NCBI GenBank assembly: GCA_964565725.1
Contig: CAZMGA010000016.1
Span: 1-14,681, forward strand
Reading direction: 5' to 3'
Source of the DNA: an uncultured archaeon
GTDB taxonomy: Archaea > Iainarchaeota > Iainarchaeia > Iainarchaeales > 0-14-0-20-30-16
DNA: 14,681 bases
In this document: piece after piece, positions 13,320 through 14,681 of the stretch
Layout of the letters: the number at the start of each line of letters is the position of its first letter
How positions within the stretch are numbered: position 1 is the first letter of the stretch
Notes under the pieces: model-generated
Seen by the model: only the letters and a program-made list of their open reading frames with translations
What the model was told of the DNA's origin: nothing
Database searches by the model: none
Translations under genes and position numbers: made by a program

Positions 13320-13390
13320 CCTTTGTGGCTCAGTGGTAGAGCGCTACCTTGGTAAGGTAGAGATCCCGGGTTCAAATCCCGGTTAGGCTT
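13319..13390 (+). tRNA. tRNA-Thr (anticodon GGT) with an irregular acceptor stem
   Basis: The D arm (GCTC-AGTGGTA-GAGC), anticodon arm (CTACC, loop TT-GGT-AA, GGTAG) and T arm (CCGGG-TTCAAAT-CCCGG) are all perfect. The acceptor strands GCCTTTG and TTAGGCT pair poorly in the standard register (see findings). The tRNA is followed by a T-run (13389-13393). Confidence 0.75.
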
Positions 13391-13412
13391 TTTATGCTTG
13401 AGATTGTGAATT

Positions 13413-13739
13413 ATGAATTATAATGCATATGTTTTTTTATTAAAATTAAAAGATAGACCAAAAAAATTTCCAAAAATAAGATTGATAGGAAAATATTGGC
13501 GTACAGGCATAATTTATAGAAATAAAACTTATGAAACTTTTTCAAACAAAAAATATTCTATTTCTAAATTAAATCCAAAAACTATGAAAAATGCAGAATT
13601 ATATTTAGTTCAATTAAGAGAACCAAAAAGATTAAAACAATTTATTTGTAAAGGATTGCCTTGCGACAATTTTGTTAATAAGGTTTTAAAATATTCTATA
13701 ACTAAGAAAAAAAATGTTGTAAAAGTTAACTTCAAATAA
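13413..13739 (+). CDS. Hypothetical basic protein (108 aa)
   Basis: A 108-codon ORF is unlikely by chance in a stop-rich AT background. It is K-rich and contains no His. It has only a weak Shine-Dalgarno site and starts 22 nt after tRNA-Thr. Confidence 0.5.
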   Translation: MNYNAYVFLLKLKDRPKKFPKIRLIGKYWRTGIIYRNKTYETFSNKKYSISKLNPKTMKNAELYLVQLREPKRLKQFICKGLPCDNFVNKVLKYSITKKKNVVKVNFK

Positions 13740-13881
13740 AATAATAATATTACTACTGATAAAAAATTTTAATTTCATAAATTAATTCAAAACCTAATTT
13801 TAAATTTTTCATAATAAAAACTAACTAAAATATTTTATATTTTGTTTGTACTTTTTTTAATTAAAAAAATAAATATTATAA

Positions 13882-13904
13882 TAGAGCATAAGCTCTACTT
13901 TTTT
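13882..13904 (+). terminator. Orphan hairpin plus T6 in a long noncoding spacer
   Basis: TAGAGC-ATAA-GCTCTA (13882-13897) forms a perfect 6-bp stem, followed by C and T6 (13899-13904). It lies 143 nt downstream of the nearest stop codon. Confidence 0.35.
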
Positions 13905-13970
13905 CTTAGAAAAATTTTTTGAATTTTTAAAATCATAACCTAAGTCTGTTAAATTTAGAGGTGAAAAAAA

Positions 13971-14201
13971 ATGAATGAAGATATATTAAATATAGAATAT
14001 AAATTATTGATGAAAGAACAACTAGAACGAGAAGTGGAAGATATATTATATAAAAAATTTTCAAAAAAATTTAGAATTTCTATTTCTGCAGATGCAGATG
14101 TTTTAACAGATAGTTATTTAGAACCAGATGAAAAAAAAGAAATACTAAAAATAATTAGTTCTTATTTAATAGAATTTGATTTAAAAAAACCACTTAATTA
14201 A
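13971..14201 (+). CDS. Hypothetical small acidic protein (76 aa)
   Basis: A strong GAGGTGA Shine-Dalgarno site lies 7 nt upstream of the ATG. The protein is E/D/K-rich and predicted helical. No family is recognised. Confidence 0.55.
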   Translation: MNEDILNIEYKLLMKEQLEREVEDILYKKFSKKFRISISADADVLTDSYLEPDEKKEILKIISSYLIEFDLKKPLN

Positions 14202-14246
14202 AAGGCTTTTGTTTCTAATTATATAATCTAATTATGAGGGGTATAT

Positions 14247-14681
14247 ATGAACGTAAAAAATAATGATTGGGTAGCTGTAGAGTATTCAGGAAAAACAGAA
14301 GAAAAAGAGTTTGATAGTAATATAGGTAAAGAACCATTATATTTTCAAGTAGGTATGGGTATGGTAATACCTGGCTTTGATAATGCTTTATTAAATATGA
14401 ATATTAATGATGAAAAAATTGTTGAAATAAATTCTAAAGATGCATATGGTGAAAAAAATGATAAAATTGTAGAATTACCAGCAAAAGCTTTTTCACAAAT
14501 TGAAAATTTAGAGCTAAATAAAGAGATTGAATTAATGTCAAATATGGGCCCAATATTAATTAAAATTGTTGAAAAAAATGAATCTACAATTAAAGCTATT
14601 TTAAATCATCCTTTAGCAGGAAAAGATTTAACATTTAAAATAAAATTATTAAAAATTTTAAATGAAAATGAAGTTAAAGAA
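14247..14681 (+). CDS. FKBP-type peptidyl-prolyl cis-trans isomerase (SlyD-like, with insert-in-flap region), 3' end beyond the window
   Basis: Hand translation from ATG at 14247 stays open to the window edge (145 codons). It reads MNVKNNDWVAVEYSGKTEEKEFDSN...PLYFQVGMGMVIPGFDNALLNMNINDEK...AYGE...ILNHPLAGKDLTFKIKLLKI, the archaeal short-FKBP signature. A GAGGGGT Shine-Dalgarno site lies upstream. It is not in the ORF track because it is edge-truncated. Confidence 0.85.
   Translation, partial: MNVKNNDWVAVEYSGKTEEKEFDSNIGKEPLYFQVGMGMVIPGFDNALLNMNINDEKIVEINSKDAYGEKNDKIVELPAKAFSQIENLELNKEIELMSNMGPILIKIVEKNESTIKAILNHPLAGKDLTFKIKLLKILNENEVKE

Noticed and set aside
13413-13739. LRAT/NlpC-P60-like enzyme call for the 108-aa protein
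   Set aside because: Only a 9-residue C-terminal motif (PCDNFVNKV) resembles NCEHFVNEL. The protein has no histidine, so the family's Cys-His catalytic dyad cannot exist. I kept the call as hypothetical.
11580-14201. Integrated mobile element or genomic island at tRNA-Arg or tRNA-Thr
   Set aside because: There is no integrase, transposase or recombinase ORF. I found no direct repeat of either tRNA 3' end downstream (only a trivial AACCTAA heptamer repeat at about 13792 and 13937). There is no visible compositional break. The accessory character is noted only as a weak inference.
13971-14500. C/D-box sRNA candidates (TGATGA-like strings near 14005 and 14408)
   Set aside because: Both strings lie inside well-supported coding frames. 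Neither has a correctly spaced CTGA D box or terminal complementary stem.
1-14681. CRISPR array, tandem repeats, rRNA or other large structured RNA
   Set aside because: I saw no regularly spaced direct repeats. Outside the three tRNAs and one short hairpin (3809-3834) there are no GC-rich structured blocks.

Overview
This is a very AT-rich, tightly packed archaeal chromosome segment. The archaeal assignment rests on archaea/eukaryote-type ribosomal proteins (S3Ae/eS1, S15/S13e, and L40e), an archaeal DnaG-type primase and a UPF0147 protein. Most genes have GGTGA-type Shine-Dalgarno sites, and palindromic TTTATAAA TATA boxes recur in the spacers. The tiny spacers, orphan N/K-rich proteins and a 1322-aa surface protein suggest a reduced, DPANN-like episymbiont genome, but that is inference only. 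I support about 20 CDSs, two of which are absent from the supplied ORF track: the edge-truncated dnaG at 1-570 and the 52-aa rpl40e at 10056-10214. There are also 3 tRNAs (Val-TAC, Arg-TCT, Thr-GGT) and several hairpin or oligo-T terminator-like sites. I see no CRISPR array, rRNA, transposase or integrase. The most interesting candidates follow. (1) A winged-helix regulator is translationally coupled to a 169-aa minimal site-2-protease-like HExxH membrane protein, and the pair is transcribed divergently, across a 44-bp spacer, from the giant orphan surface protein. (2) A diadenylate-cyclase (DisA_N) domain protein has an RHS variant of the RHR motif and a C-terminal rather than N-terminal membrane segment. 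(3) A minimal radical SAM enzyme with a long basic tail lies divergent from a basic orphan coupled to a Trbp111-like tRNA-binding protein. (4) All three tRNAs sit 22-36 nt upstream of a same-strand CDS, including a secreted gluzincin gene bracketed by two tRNAs whose stop codon overlaps tRNA-Thr. All functional links are hypotheses, because no database search could be run.
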